NCBI GenBank assembly: GCA_965277285.1
Contig: OZ255721.1
Span: 2,048,001-2,112,000 of the forward strand
DNA: 64,000 nt
Direction: 5' to 3'
Origin: Abditibacteriaceae bacterium
GTDB taxonomy: Bacteria > Armatimonadota > Abditibacteriia > Abditibacteriales > Abditibacteriaceae
Of this stretch, positions 41,757-51,227 are shown one piece after another (positions within the stretch are counted from its first letter, which is position 1; every line of letters starts with the position of its first letter). Made by a program: the position numbers and the translations under genes. The notes under the pieces were generated by a model that saw only the letters and a list, made by a program, of their open reading frames with translations, did no database searches and was not told where the DNA came from.

Positions 41757-42560
41757 CTAACGTTTTCTTAATTTCCGATACCGATGAAGTAGGTACGGGA
41801 TTCCGATCAGCATAGGATATTTGACAAGAGCCATTCGATGCCCTATTGTACTACCTGCTGGAGGCACCTTCCAATTTTCATTTTCATGCCCAAATAGTTT
41901 CTTCCATTCCTGTTCTGCCTCTTCTCTACCGATATGAGCAATAGTTGAGCTCTTGTTATCAGCATAACAACGGAAGCAACCCAAGTATGAATTCAGCTTC
42001 AGAAATTTTCCATGCTGATACATACGACAGAAGAACTCCAAATCCATTGCAAACTTCAGATCGGTTTTTAGCAACCCGACTTGATCCATTGCTTCTCTGC
42101 GCCAAAATGCCGTTTCTGAGCATATGGTAAATCCATGTTTTCGTGGATTAAAGGCTGGCAAAAAACCCCATCCCACAGTGTTCCCCGCGCGATCCATAAG
42201 AATGCGATCTCCGTGAACTACAATGCAATCAGGATGTTTTACAAACGCTTTTTTAACCTTGTTAAATGAGCCTTTTAAGTAAATGTCGTCACTGTTTATC
42301 CATCCAAGAAATTCCCCAGAGCTTTGCAGAATTCCTTTATTGATAGCGTCAGTTTGCCCGGCGTCTTTTTCGGAGACCCAGTATTTTAAGTGCTTCTCAT
42401 ATCTTTTTATGATTTCGACTGAATTGTCAGTGCTACCCCCATCGATAACGATGTACTCAAGATTTGGGTAGCCTTGATCGAGAACTGATTTGATGGTTTC
42501 TTCCAAAAACTCACCTTGGTTATAACTGGGAGTTATTATAGATAGCTTTGGGTATTGCAT
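41757..42560 (-). CDS. GT2 glycosyltransferase
   Basis: [23 protein letters not shown]. Confidence 0.93.
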   Translation of the reverse strand: MQYPKLSIITPSYNQGEFLEETIKSVLDQGYPNLEYIVIDGGSTDNSVEIIKRYEKHLKYWVSEKDAGQTDAINKGILQSSGEFLGWINSDDIYLKGSFNKVKKAFVKHPDCIVVHGDRILMDRAGNTVGWGFLPAFNPRKHGFTICSETAFWRREAMDQVGLLKTDLKFAMDLEFFCRMYQHGKFLKLNSYLGCFRCYADNKSSTIAHIGREEAEQEWKKLFGHENENWKVPPAGSTIGHRMALVKYPMLIGIPYLLHRYRKLRKR

Positions 42561-42679
42561 GAGTTAATCCTATGTGCACGCTCTAACTTGTCCTTATTTT
42601 CAACGATTAAGCGCCAAACAATAATGTGTATACAATTTCACCTATCTTCCAAACCGTAATAGAACGATGTCTTTTACTT

Positions 42680-43987
42680 TTATAAATGGATACAAGCCAT
42701 TTTTCTAAAGCCAATATAGCTCATACAAATATTAAGAAGTAATCCAGGAATAAACGAAAAAAGGCTAAAAAGGATCGCACCTTGCGTCGTGTTCACTTTT
42801 ATCAACAAAAGTAGGCATATCTCAGTGCCAATCGTGAGCGGAATATTGAGCCAAGAAATCTCCACCCAAGCTCTGGCGGCATTCATAGACCAGATGATGG
42901 CAGAAAAATTATATATTACCGAACTGAGCATCATCAACAGTAACGCTTGCTGCAAGTGTTTATATTGCTTACCCAGTATCCACAAAATCTGGTTCGGTGC
43001 CCAATAAGCCAAAGCCAGCAAAAATCCGAAGAACAACAAGGCCATAGCTAACACGCGCCAATAAAACGAAATAAGCGCGTCACGCTCTTGAATTTTGGCA
43101 AATCTTGGAATCACGATGTTACCAAGAGTTGTGTTGACCAGAGCGAACACGACAGTCAGACCACCCAGCGCACCAATTTCGGCAATGCTGCGCACATTAC
43201 CAAAAACACTCAGCAACCAAATTGTAATTTGGCCTTGCAGACAAAAAAACAAGGAAAGTGGAGCTTGTCGCTTAACAATCTTAACTATTTCCGTTCGATC
43301 ATCGGCGCGTGCAGGAGCATTTCTTTCAACACCTTCCGCAGCCCACTGCTTAAGAACATAAGATTTGATCAGCAATGTAACCGACCCCATTGCGACAGCG
43401 ACAACTGCATCAAGAAGAAGAATATAAGCTGCTGCAATGAGAGCGAGGCGCGCCACAGCCAAAGTCATGTCGAGCTTGGTGAAGCGCATAAACTCAGCGC
43501 GCAAACGGGGCACCACTTCCAGAACGCCGGTTGTCAACTGCGCATTCAACGAGGTCAGAACCACGCCCAAGATCAGGAAACAGTAAAAGGCAGAAGCGCC
43601 ATTGGAGTGCAGAGTCCATAAAAGAATGGGAGAGACAGCTATAATTACGGCGATAGCCAAGCGCTTTCTCAAGAGTAAAGCACTGTTGATAAGTTGACCA
43701 AACCGATATTTGTCCTGCCACACTTTTCCGCCAATCGACATCACTCCAATGCTAATGCCCGAATCGGCCAACACATTCATTGTTCCTTGCATGGTATTGG
43801 CGATTGTGAAATACGCGTATTCTGGCTTGGACAAAGCTCGCACTAAAACAATGCCGGTGACAGCCAACAACGCCTGTGTCACCAGTTGCAGCGAGAAAAA
43901 ACGAACCAGAATCGTTCCGACACGCTTCCATCTTGGAGCGGCATCTTGGGGCAACGGGTTAACAGGAAGCGTTTCTGCGTTGCTCAT
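42680..43987 (-). CDS. Putative Wzx-type flippase
   Basis: About 11-12 TMs, LVRALSKPEYAYF and ADSGI N-terminal pattern; cluster context. Confidence 0.72.
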   Translation of the reverse strand: MSNAETLPVNPLPQDAAPRWKRVGTILVRFFSLQLVTQALLAVTGIVLVRALSKPEYAYFTIANTMQGTMNVLADSGISIGVMSIGGKVWQDKYRFGQLINSALLLRKRLAIAVIIAVSPILLWTLHSNGASAFYCFLILGVVLTSLNAQLTTGVLEVVPRLRAEFMRFTKLDMTLAVARLALIAAAYILLLDAVVAVAMGSVTLLIKSYVLKQWAAEGVERNAPARADDRTEIVKIVKRQAPLSLFFCLQGQITIWLLSVFGNVRSIAEIGALGGLTVVFALVNTTLGNIVIPRFAKIQERDALISFYWRVLAMALLFFGFLLALAYWAPNQILWILGKQYKHLQQALLLMMLSSVIYNFSAIIWSMNAARAWVEISWLNIPLTIGTEICLLLLIKVNTTQGAILFSLFSFIPGLLLNICMSYIGFRKMACIHL

Positions 43988-44105
43988 AAAAATTTAAGAA
44001 GACCGCACGCATATATCGAGTACTCGATTCGTATTTACGCAGAATCCAGATTTGCTTTCAACCACGAGCGAGGCCACGCACAGACTTCAATTGAGTTCGC
44101 TCGTA

Positions 44106-46424
44106 TTACAAAGTGGAAGGTTCAGCTTGTTCTTTTTCGAGATAACTACCGTAATACTTATTGTTGCTATTGTAATTATAGTAGCCGTAGTAGCTCGATT
44201 CTTCGCGCGTCAACTTGTTGAGAACGCAACCCAGCACCTTGGTTCCTGTGTGCGAAAGCAAATGACTGGTGCGCGCGATTTCGCGGCGTCCCGCTTCCTG
44301 AACTGAAATCACCAGCAGAGTGGCATCGGCGCCTGAGGCCGCGATTTGCGCGTCAGCCATCACCAGAGCTGGCGGAGTATCAATGATCACGAAGTCGGCG
44401 ATCTCCAATAATTGCCGCAACACGTTGTGAGCAGCGTGCGAGTTGAGCAGTTCAGGAGGATTGGGAGGAATGGAGCCGCTGGTAAGAATGGAAAGGCCGG
44501 GAACCGAACTTGGCTGCAAGGCCGCTTCCAGCGTTGCCGTTCCCATCACGACATTGGTGAAACCAATTTTATTTTCCAACTTCATCAAGCGATGAATCGA
44601 AGGACGACGCAAGTCCGCATCAACCAAAACCACCCTTTTCCCATCCAGCGCCATCACGATAGCGAGGTCAGCGGAAGTCGTCGACTTACCTTCATTGGGC
44701 TGACTACTGGTGACGACCAACGAGCGAATGCGGGTGTCAATCGAAGCGAACTCGATGCTGGTGCGCAGCATTCGATAGCTTTCCAACAGCATCGGGTTCT
44801 GATGAATGTCTCCGATGAGCGACTGCTTTTCTTTGTCCCGAATAAAAGGGATGACTGCCAGAACCGGCAGGCCGCTGGCGATTTCGGCGTCGCTTTCGGA
44901 ATGAACACGATCATCCAGTCGCTCGGCCACAGAAGCCATGGCTGCAGCCAGCAAACATCCCAGAACAAATGAAAGAAGAATGTTGCGCGGCTTGTTGGGA
45001 CTAATTGGCACTTCGGGAAAATCCGAAGGCGAAACAATACGCGCGGGGGAAACTTTGGCTTCCTCGCTGACGCGCAGGTTTTGATACTTTTCGTTCAACA
45101 TCTGGTAGGTGGCTTGGAGTGTTGCGACATCGGTTGTCAATTGTCCCAACTGCGCTTCCTTGCCAGGCAATTTTTGTAGTTGCGCTCGCACTTGGGCAAC
45201 CGTGGTAGTCAGGGCATGAACGCGGGATTCCTTCGCCCAAACCTGGCTTTGCGCCTTCGCCGCGTCCCCCATGACTTGCATCCGTATGGGATTGGGAGCA
45301 TTGGAAGAGGTACCGATTTCGGTTGTCGCTTCGGTCGTCAGGCGCTTTTTGATGTCGTCAATTTGACCTTGAAGCGTTTGTACCTGCGGGGAACTCGGCT
45401 GATATTCCTGCATGGCTTCCATGCGCGAGAGTTCCAGTTTAGTCAACTGCGACTTCAAGTCTTCCACGACGGGGCGGTGAACAACTGTGCTTTCGCTGAC
45501 CTGAGTTGGCGATAGCTTCGCTGCCATATTGCGCATCTGCTGCAACTGCGCGTTGTTTTCCTGTTGTTCGGTTTGGGCCTGACGCAGATCGCTTTCGGCT
45601 TGTGCTAATTGCGCGACGCGGCCTTGCGTTTCCGCTGTAATATCAATGGTACCGTTGCTTTCTTTGAAACGACGCAGCTTTTGGCGCGCCTCGTACAATT
45701 CTTGGCGCACGCCAGGCAGTTGGCTGCTGACGTAGCGCGTTGCAGTCAAGACCTGTTGTTGATTTTGCTGCTGCACCGAATTGATGTATTCATCGCAAAT
45801 GGCCTGCGAATAGGTTTGCGCCGCTTTGGGGTCGCGGCTCGTCACGTTGACAGCGATGACATCGGTATCGCGCACAGGAACGATGTCAACCACCGAATAG
45901 GTCTTGATGGCTTGCCTTTGAGCTTCAGGTATTCTCACCAAAGCGCCTTTCTTGATCGGCGTACTCTTGACCACTTCAATTTGCGTTTCCTGCGAACGTG
46001 CTTTTGTTGCATCCAACAAGTCGGCTAAAACCGGCATAGAATCGCTGGAAGAACTCGAAGAACCCGCAGTCGAGGTATCGACAAGCAGCGTGGCCGTCGC
46101 TTGATAGATAGGTTTCGCCAGAAAGGTTAAAACCGTGCCCAGCGCGACCACCAAAATCACGGTCGCAGCCATGATCTTGCGACGACGGCGCAGAATCGTG
46201 AATACCTGACGCAAGTCGACGTTTTCCTGCCCCATGGCCGCCGAGTAACCCATCGGGTTACCATTGAGCGAACCGGGCATCGTGCCCATTCCTGAAGAAA
46301 CACCGTTTTCTATACCGCTTATACCGCTTATACCGTTCAAATGGTTGGAGTCTTGAACATCCGACGGCGCATTAACGGCAACGGAATTTTCGCGCGCTCC
46401 AAGAGAAGATTTTCGTATGTTCAT
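44106..46424 (-). CDS. wzc: Wzc-type polysaccharide co-polymerase / BY-kinase
   Basis: TM-coiled coil-TM, PISPNKP, ESYRMLRT, EGKST, VDADLRRP, IIDTPP, C-terminal Tyr cluster. Confidence 0.93.
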   Translation of the reverse strand: MNIRKSSLGARENSVAVNAPSDVQDSNHLNGISGISGIENGVSSGMGTMPGSLNGNPMGYSAAMGQENVDLRQVFTILRRRRKIMAATVILVVALGTVLTFLAKPIYQATATLLVDTSTAGSSSSSSDSMPVLADLLDATKARSQETQIEVVKSTPIKKGALVRIPEAQRQAIKTYSVVDIVPVRDTDVIAVNVTSRDPKAAQTYSQAICDEYINSVQQQNQQQVLTATRYVSSQLPGVRQELYEARQKLRRFKESNGTIDITAETQGRVAQLAQAESDLRQAQTEQQENNAQLQQMRNMAAKLSPTQVSESTVVHRPVVEDLKSQLTKLELSRMEAMQEYQPSSPQVQTLQGQIDDIKKRLTTEATTEIGTSSNAPNPIRMQVMGDAAKAQSQVWAKESRVHALTTTVAQVRAQLQKLPGKEAQLGQLTTDVATLQATYQMLNEKYQNLRVSEEAKVSPARIVSPSDFPEVPISPNKPRNILLSFVLGCLLAAAMASVAERLDDRVHSESDAEIASGLPVLAVIPFIRDKEKQSLIGDIHQNPMLLESYRMLRTSIEFASIDTRIRSLVVTSSQPNEGKSTTSADLAIVMALDGKRVVLVDADLRRPSIHRLMKLENKIGFTNVVMGTATLEAALQPSSVPGLSILTSGSIPPNPPELLNSHAAHNVLRQLLEIADFVIIDTPPALVMADAQIAASGADATLLVISVQEAGRREIARTSHLLSHTGTKVLGCVLNKLTREESSYYGYYNYNSNNKYYGSYLEKEQAEPSTL

Positions 46425-46877
46425 GAACGAGTACTCGAAATCAAGCTGGGATCAAATAACGTGAAACTAAAAGCAGAGAGCAGATTTCCCAGCCTGCAAA
46501 CTCTACAACCCTGACATTCCTGAGCCAACGTTTTGCTTTTTCAGATTACAAACGCCGTAATCATATCATAAGTAACGGACAGAACCAAAATAATAACGCT
46601 TTGAGGAGACGCGCATTAGAAAAGCAGCGAGCAAAGAGCCGCGAGGTTTAATGGACAACACATCATAAAGATTCAACAACCAGAAATGCGTGCGATTCAT
46701 CCGGCTAAACGTGCAAACCCTTGTCGGATTATAGGTTTGGCCTGCCACCTTCATCGCCTCGGAACGCCGATTTTTCCGCTGCAACGATGATACGCGAAAC
46801 ATTCAAGCACCTCAAGTGTATTCCACAAAAATTAACAACGTGTGACATTGAAGCGGAATTTACCTGCTCTTTTCTTA

Positions 46878-47020
46878 AGGAAGTTGGGCGCGATGCGTTC
46901 TTCGTCTTCAAAATGGCTGACCAGATCAACGACGGCGCCGCGTTTCAAACCGGCTTCGCGCGCATTGAATTCTTCAAAGCCAGGAATCACGCGCTCAATG
47001 AGTACTCGAATGCGGTCTTA
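46878..47020 (-). pseudogene. Collapsed remnant of an FdhF/YdeP-family oxidoreductase gene
   Basis: Manual translation *DRIRVLIERVIPGFEEFNAR-EAGLKRGAVVDLVSHFEDEERIAPNF resembles two non-adjacent YdeP C-terminal segments. Family assignment is from memory. Confidence 0.5.
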
Positions 47021-47070
47021 ACAAAGTAGCGCGATGGCCTTGAGGATTTTAGGTGGAATAGCGAAGCCTT

Positions 47071-47099
47071 GTACGGGCGATCCGGCGGGTCGCCCGTAC
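47071..47099. repeat. GTAC-type REP-like hairpin downstream of ppa
   Basis: GTACGGGCGATCC-GGC-GGGTCGCCCGTAC. Confidence 0.7.
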
Positions 47100-47120
47100 C
47101 ATGAAGTTCCACTTGAGCGT

Positions 47121-47882
47121 TTAGTTTTCGTCTTCTGCGTCGTTGCGCGACAAGCGTTCGGCAGCGCGGCGCGCGGCTTCGGCGCGCGCGGACAGCGAAG
47201 GCGTGCGCGCTGAGGTTTCTTCGATTCCTTCAGCGGTTTCGTAATGCTCGAGCAGGAGTTCGTGCGCTTCCAATTGGGCTTTGCGCTCGGCTTCCTGTTC
47301 GGCGGCTTCGCTTTTCAAAATCGGCGCATCCGGTCGCTTGGTGCCGTCGGCATTGAACGTTTGGCGATAAAGTTCGATGCTGCACAGCAAGATTTCCTGA
47401 GCTTCCGCACAATTTTTGAAACGCTCGATGCGCACTTGTTTGTGCTCGAGTTTTTTATAGTCTTCAAAAAATTGCTGCAACTCGAACAAGGTGTGGCGCG
47501 GCAGTTCGCTGATGTCGCGGTAATGCGAAAACGCTGGATCGTGGGCATGAACCGCGATGATTTTGTCGTCTTCTTCGTCCTGATCGATCATCTGCATGAC
47601 GCCGATGGGCCGCGCCGTGAGGATGCACATCGGCACGACCGGTTCTTGTCCCAGCACCAAAATATCGAGCGGGTCGCGGTCATCGCAATAGGTTTGCGGA
47701 ATAAAACCGTAATTGGCCGGATAGAAAACCGCCGAATACAAGACGCGATCCAGCCGCAACAAGCCGGAGTTCTTGTCCAGTTCGTATTTATTGCGCGAGC
47801 CGCGCGGCACTTCGATGATACATTCCACGAGTTCGGGCGTTTTCTTGCCCGGCTCGATGCCATGCCAGGGATGAACAATCAT
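47121..47882 (-). CDS. ppa: Family I inorganic pyrophosphatase with charged C-terminal extension
   Basis: [46 protein letters not shown]. Confidence 0.95.
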   Translation of the reverse strand: MIVHPWHGIEPGKKTPELVECIIEVPRGSRNKYELDKNSGLLRLDRVLYSAVFYPANYGFIPQTYCDDRDPLDILVLGQEPVVPMCILTARPIGVMQMIDQDEEDDKIIAVHAHDPAFSHYRDISELPRHTLFELQQFFEDYKKLEHKQVRIERFKNCAEAQEILLCSIELYRQTFNADGTKRPDAPILKSEAAEQEAERKAQLEAHELLLEHYETAEGIEETSARTPSLSARAEAARRAAERLSRNDAEDEN

Positions 47883-47897
47883 GCGCGGCAGTTTATC

Positions 47898-48007
47898 AAA
47901 TGATGAATGATAAATACGGAATGATGAATCCGAAGCAGAACTTCAACGACAAAGTTGGAGTTTCGAGTACTCGATATTCATCATTCCGTATTTATCATTC
48001 ATCATTT
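47898..48007. repeat. Inverted heptamer-repeat element between divergent ppa and kinase genes
   Basis: Perfect 32-bp arms AAATGATGAATGATAAATACGGAATGATGAAT; the loop holds a 12-mer copy (47963). Confidence 0.85.
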
Positions 48008-48038
48008 GCGATTGCCGTTCTGTGCGAAAGTCGATACA

Positions 48039-50417
48039 ATGTTTGCGATGCGTGCGCTTTCTTCTCGCAACCCCAAACCGCCCGATGCGGCTTCAGCGCG
48101 TCCGCCGCGCGTGGCTTCCGACGTGCGCTATGATATTCTCGACCGCGTTGGCGAAGGCACTTTGTTCGTCGTTTATCGCGTGCGCGAAAAAAGCAGCAAT
48201 CGTTTGCTGGCGCTCAAAGCGCTCAAAAATAACTTCAACGATCATCCGCAATTTGCGCCCGCACTGGCGCAGGCTTTGGCCGATGCCGCCGCGTTTTCGC
48301 ATCCTCTTTTAGCGCGCATCGAAGAAGTCGGGCGCGAAGACGGAACTTTGTTTCAGTTACAGGAATGGTTGCCCGGCCAATCGCTGGAAGCACGTTTGCG
48401 GCGCGCGCCTTTTGGACGCATCGAAACGCTGTCGAGTACGCGACAAATCGCTGAAGCGCTGCAGTATCTTCACGAGAACGGCTCAGTTCATGGCGATTTG
48501 CGCCCGCGCCAAATTATTTCTTCGAGCGACGGTCAACTCAAGCTGACCGATTACAACCTGAGTCCAGCGTTTCACGCCGCTAATTTATCGCCCGCCGATG
48601 TTTTGCAAGACGCGGTTGGCTACACGGCGCCTGAACTGAGCGTTGCAACAGGACGAGAAGCCGCGCCCGCCACGCCGCAAAGCGATCTGTATTCGCTGGG
48701 CGTAATTTTGTATCGAATGCTGGCCGGACGCGCGCCCTTTGAAGGCCCGTCGCCCGTCGCGGTTGCGATGCGTCACCGCAATGATGCGCCGCTTCCGCCC
48801 AGTCGCTTCAATCCGCATTGTCCGCCCGATCTGGAAGAAATTGCTCTGCGCTTGTTGCAGAAAAATCCAACTGCGCGATATGCTTCCGCTGCTGAATTAT
48901 TGGAAGTTCTGGGCGGCGCATCCACCTTAACGCCAAACCCTGTGACTGCGCCCGTTGCTTTGATTGAAGCCGCGCCGGTTGTCATCGAAGAAACGATTCC
49001 ATCCGCGCAAACGCAACCTTTGCCGGTTGATGCAAGCGCCGACGTTTCTAACAACGACGCTGACAACGATTCGAGTACTCGAATTGCGCCTCAGGTTAAC
49101 CAAAAGGTTAACCAAGATGATGTTTCGGGCGATGCTTCGTTGTTTCCCGCCACGATGCCGATCAGCCTAATTGCCAACGCGCCGCTTTCCACACTGAATG
49201 CGACAGCGACAAACGCGACGACAGCAAACGCGACGACAGCAAACGCGACAGCAGCGACCGTGACAACTTCCAATGTCGCACCTGCTGTTGCAGTGCCGGT
49301 CGCGGGAACGAGTTCGGTGACGGGCGCGCCGACTTTGCCGCCGACCGAAGAAGACATTGCGGCGGACGCGGCTTTGGAGCGTAAAGCGATTAAAAAGCAT
49401 CGGCGGCGCGAAGCGTTGGGCGCTTTTCTGGCGTTCTTCTGGATTTGGGTCGCGCTGGGATTGTTGGGCGGCATCGTTTACGGTTCTTACAACTGGTGGG
49501 TCAAGCAAACGCCGCGCGACGTGATTGTGCCTTCTTACATCGGAAAAAACGAAACCGAAGCCAAAACGATTTTGGAAAAAGCCGGCTTGAAGTTCAACGA
49601 AATCGGCGAAGTTTATGACCCGCGGCGTCCGGCGGGAACCGTAATTCGCGGTTTTCCGGCGCCTGGGAAAGTTGTCAAGCCTGGTCGCCCAATTGATGTA
49701 ACTGTTTCGCGCGGTGCGGAAAAAGTCGTCATGCCCGACTTGAGCGAACTCGATCTGGTTCACGTCCGGCAGATTTTGGAAAAAGCGGGAATGCGCCTGG
49801 GCAACATCTCAACGATGTACCATGACACCATTGCGCGCGGCTACATTTGTGGCCAATATCCGCAACCCGGCGACGCCTTCAGCCGCTCCGAACCGATCAA
49901 TCTCGTAATTAGTCGTGGGCCGCAACCCGCCGCTACCTCAAACGCTGCGTCTCTGCCGCAAACGCCGGATGCGCAAAACGGCTCTGGAGACAGCGGTTCA
50001 ACAGACAATGGCGCAAGCGATAACGGTGCAACAGACAACGGCACGATTGACAACGGTAATAGCGCGCTGGCTGACCAGAACAGCGACCAGGAAAATCCGC
50101 CGATTAGCAGCCAAGCGCAAACCGACAATGCAACAGCGCCAGGCGCACCGGACGCCAGTGACACCACAGGCGACAGTGGCCCCATGGTTTCGCGCACAAT
50201 TCATGTTCGCATTCCGGTTCCGAAAAAAGGCGGCGCCACGACGCGTGAAGTGCGTGTTGTCGTGCGCGATGCCGATGGCGAACACATTGTCTACGACGAA
50301 AACCATGCGCCCGGCGAACGGATTGACGAATACGTTCAAATCACGCGCGCGCAAGGCGGTAGTGCGACGATTCTGATTTACATCGACGGCGCCCTGCAAA
50401 AACGACAGCGCGTTTAA
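48039..50417 (+). CDS. PknB-like Hanks (pseudo)kinase with TM and two PASTA domains
   Basis: LALK, HGDLRPRQI, LTDYN, YTAPE, SDLYSLG; TM; two PASTA repeats (VPSYIG..., MPDLSEL...). Confidence 0.9.
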   Translation: MFAMRALSSRNPKPPDAASARPPRVASDVRYDILDRVGEGTLFVVYRVREKSSNRLLALKALKNNFNDHPQFAPALAQALADAAAFSHPLLARIEEVGREDGTLFQLQEWLPGQSLEARLRRAPFGRIETLSSTRQIAEALQYLHENGSVHGDLRPRQIISSSDGQLKLTDYNLSPAFHAANLSPADVLQDAVGYTAPELSVATGREAAPATPQSDLYSLGVILYRMLAGRAPFEGPSPVAVAMRHRNDAPLPPSRFNPHCPPDLEEIALRLLQKNPTARYASAAELLEVLGGASTLTPNPVTAPVALIEAAPVVIEETIPSAQTQPLPVDASADVSNNDADNDSSTRIAPQVNQKVNQDDVSGDASLFPATMPISLIANAPLSTLNATATNATTANATTANATAATVTTSNVAPAVAVPVAGTSSVTGAPTLPPTEEDIAADAALERKAIKKHRRREALGAFLAFFWIWVALGLLGGIVYGSYNWWVKQTPRDVIVPSYIGKNETEAKTILEKAGLKFNEIGEVYDPRRPAGTVIRGFPAPGKVVKPGRPIDVTVSRGAEKVVMPDLSELDLVHVRQILEKAGMRLGNISTMYHDTIARGYICGQYPQPGDAFSRSEPINLVISRGPQPAATSNAASLPQTPDAQNGSGDSGSTDNGASDNGATDNGTIDNGNSALADQNSDQENPPISSQAQTDNATAPGAPDASDTTGDSGPMVSRTIHVRIPVPKKGGATTREVRVVVRDADGEHIVYDENHAPGERIDEYVQITRAQGGSATILIYIDGALQKRQRV

Positions 50418-50419
50418 TT

Positions 50420-51205
50420 ATGTTCGCCGCTGCTTCCTCCGCCTCCGCGCGATTTTGTCCCGCATCGAGTACTCGATTCCTCATATCGCGTCTTTTCGTT
50501 ACGCGCACGGCTTTACTGTTCAAAGCCACGCTTGTTCCCAGGCGACTTTGGCTTTTGCATCGCACATCCACGCCAACACCTTCAGCTTCGGCTTCAGCTG
50601 ACGATTCCGCTCAAGTTTCTGCGGAAACTGAATGGATTCGTCGCGCGCAAAACGGCGATTTGGAAGCGTTCGATGCGCTGGTCGCGCTGCATCAAAACAA
50701 AGTTTTCAACTTGTGCCGCTGGAACCTGGGCAACGACGAAGACGCGGCGGATGCAGCGCAAGATGTTTTCGTGCGCGCCTGGAAAGCCATCGGCAAATTT
50801 CGCGGCGATTGCTCGCTTTCGACGTGGCTGCACCGCATCGCCGTCAATGTTATTTCCGATACCGCCAACAAACGTAAGCGCGCGCCTTTGCCGTTTTCCA
50901 CACTGGGCGAAACCGAAAACGACGAGCAAACGCCCGATTTCGAGACGCCCGATCTCAGCACGATTTCCAACCCGCAAGACGCCGCCTTGCGCAATGCCAA
51001 ACGTTTGGCGGTTCAAAAAGCGTTGGCGGCTTTGCCCGAAAATCAACGCGCGGTTTTGGTGTTGTTCGATGTGCAAGGTCAGTCGTATGAAGACGTGGCC
51101 GCCATTTTGGAACTGCCGCTGGGAACCGTCAAAAGCCGCTTGAGCCGCGCGCGATTGGCCTTGCGCGCGCAACTCGAAACCTCTCGGGAACTTTGGGACG
51201 ACTAA
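50420..51205 (+). CDS. ECF sigma factor (start codon uncertain)
   Basis: AQNGDLEAF, DAADAAQDVF, STWLHRIAVN, SYEDVAAIL..PLGTVKSRLSRAR. Confidence 0.93.
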   Translation: MFAAASSASARFCPASSTRFLISRLFVTRTALLFKATLVPRRLWLLHRTSTPTPSASASADDSAQVSAETEWIRRAQNGDLEAFDALVALHQNKVFNLCRWNLGNDEDAADAAQDVFVRAWKAIGKFRGDCSLSTWLHRIAVNVISDTANKRKRAPLPFSTLGETENDEQTPDFETPDLSTISNPQDAALRNAKRLAVQKALAALPENQRAVLVLFDVQGQSYEDVAAILELPLGTVKSRLSRARLALRAQLETSRELWDD

Positions 51206-51227
51206 AGCGGTCGTAATCTCAACAACG

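Noticed and set aside
46721..47029. 102-aa + strand ORF
   Set aside because: Better explained as the antisense of the pseudogene remnant.
47955..48038. N-terminal extension of the kinase ORF ([10 protein letters not shown])
   Set aside because: Translation of the heptamer repeat arm.
49201..49260. 15-bp tandem repeats (ANATT); also 9-bp repeats at ~46311-46337 and DNG repeats at ~50000
   Set aside because: In-frame low-complexity linker repeats with no spacers; not a CRISPR or a phase-variation tract.
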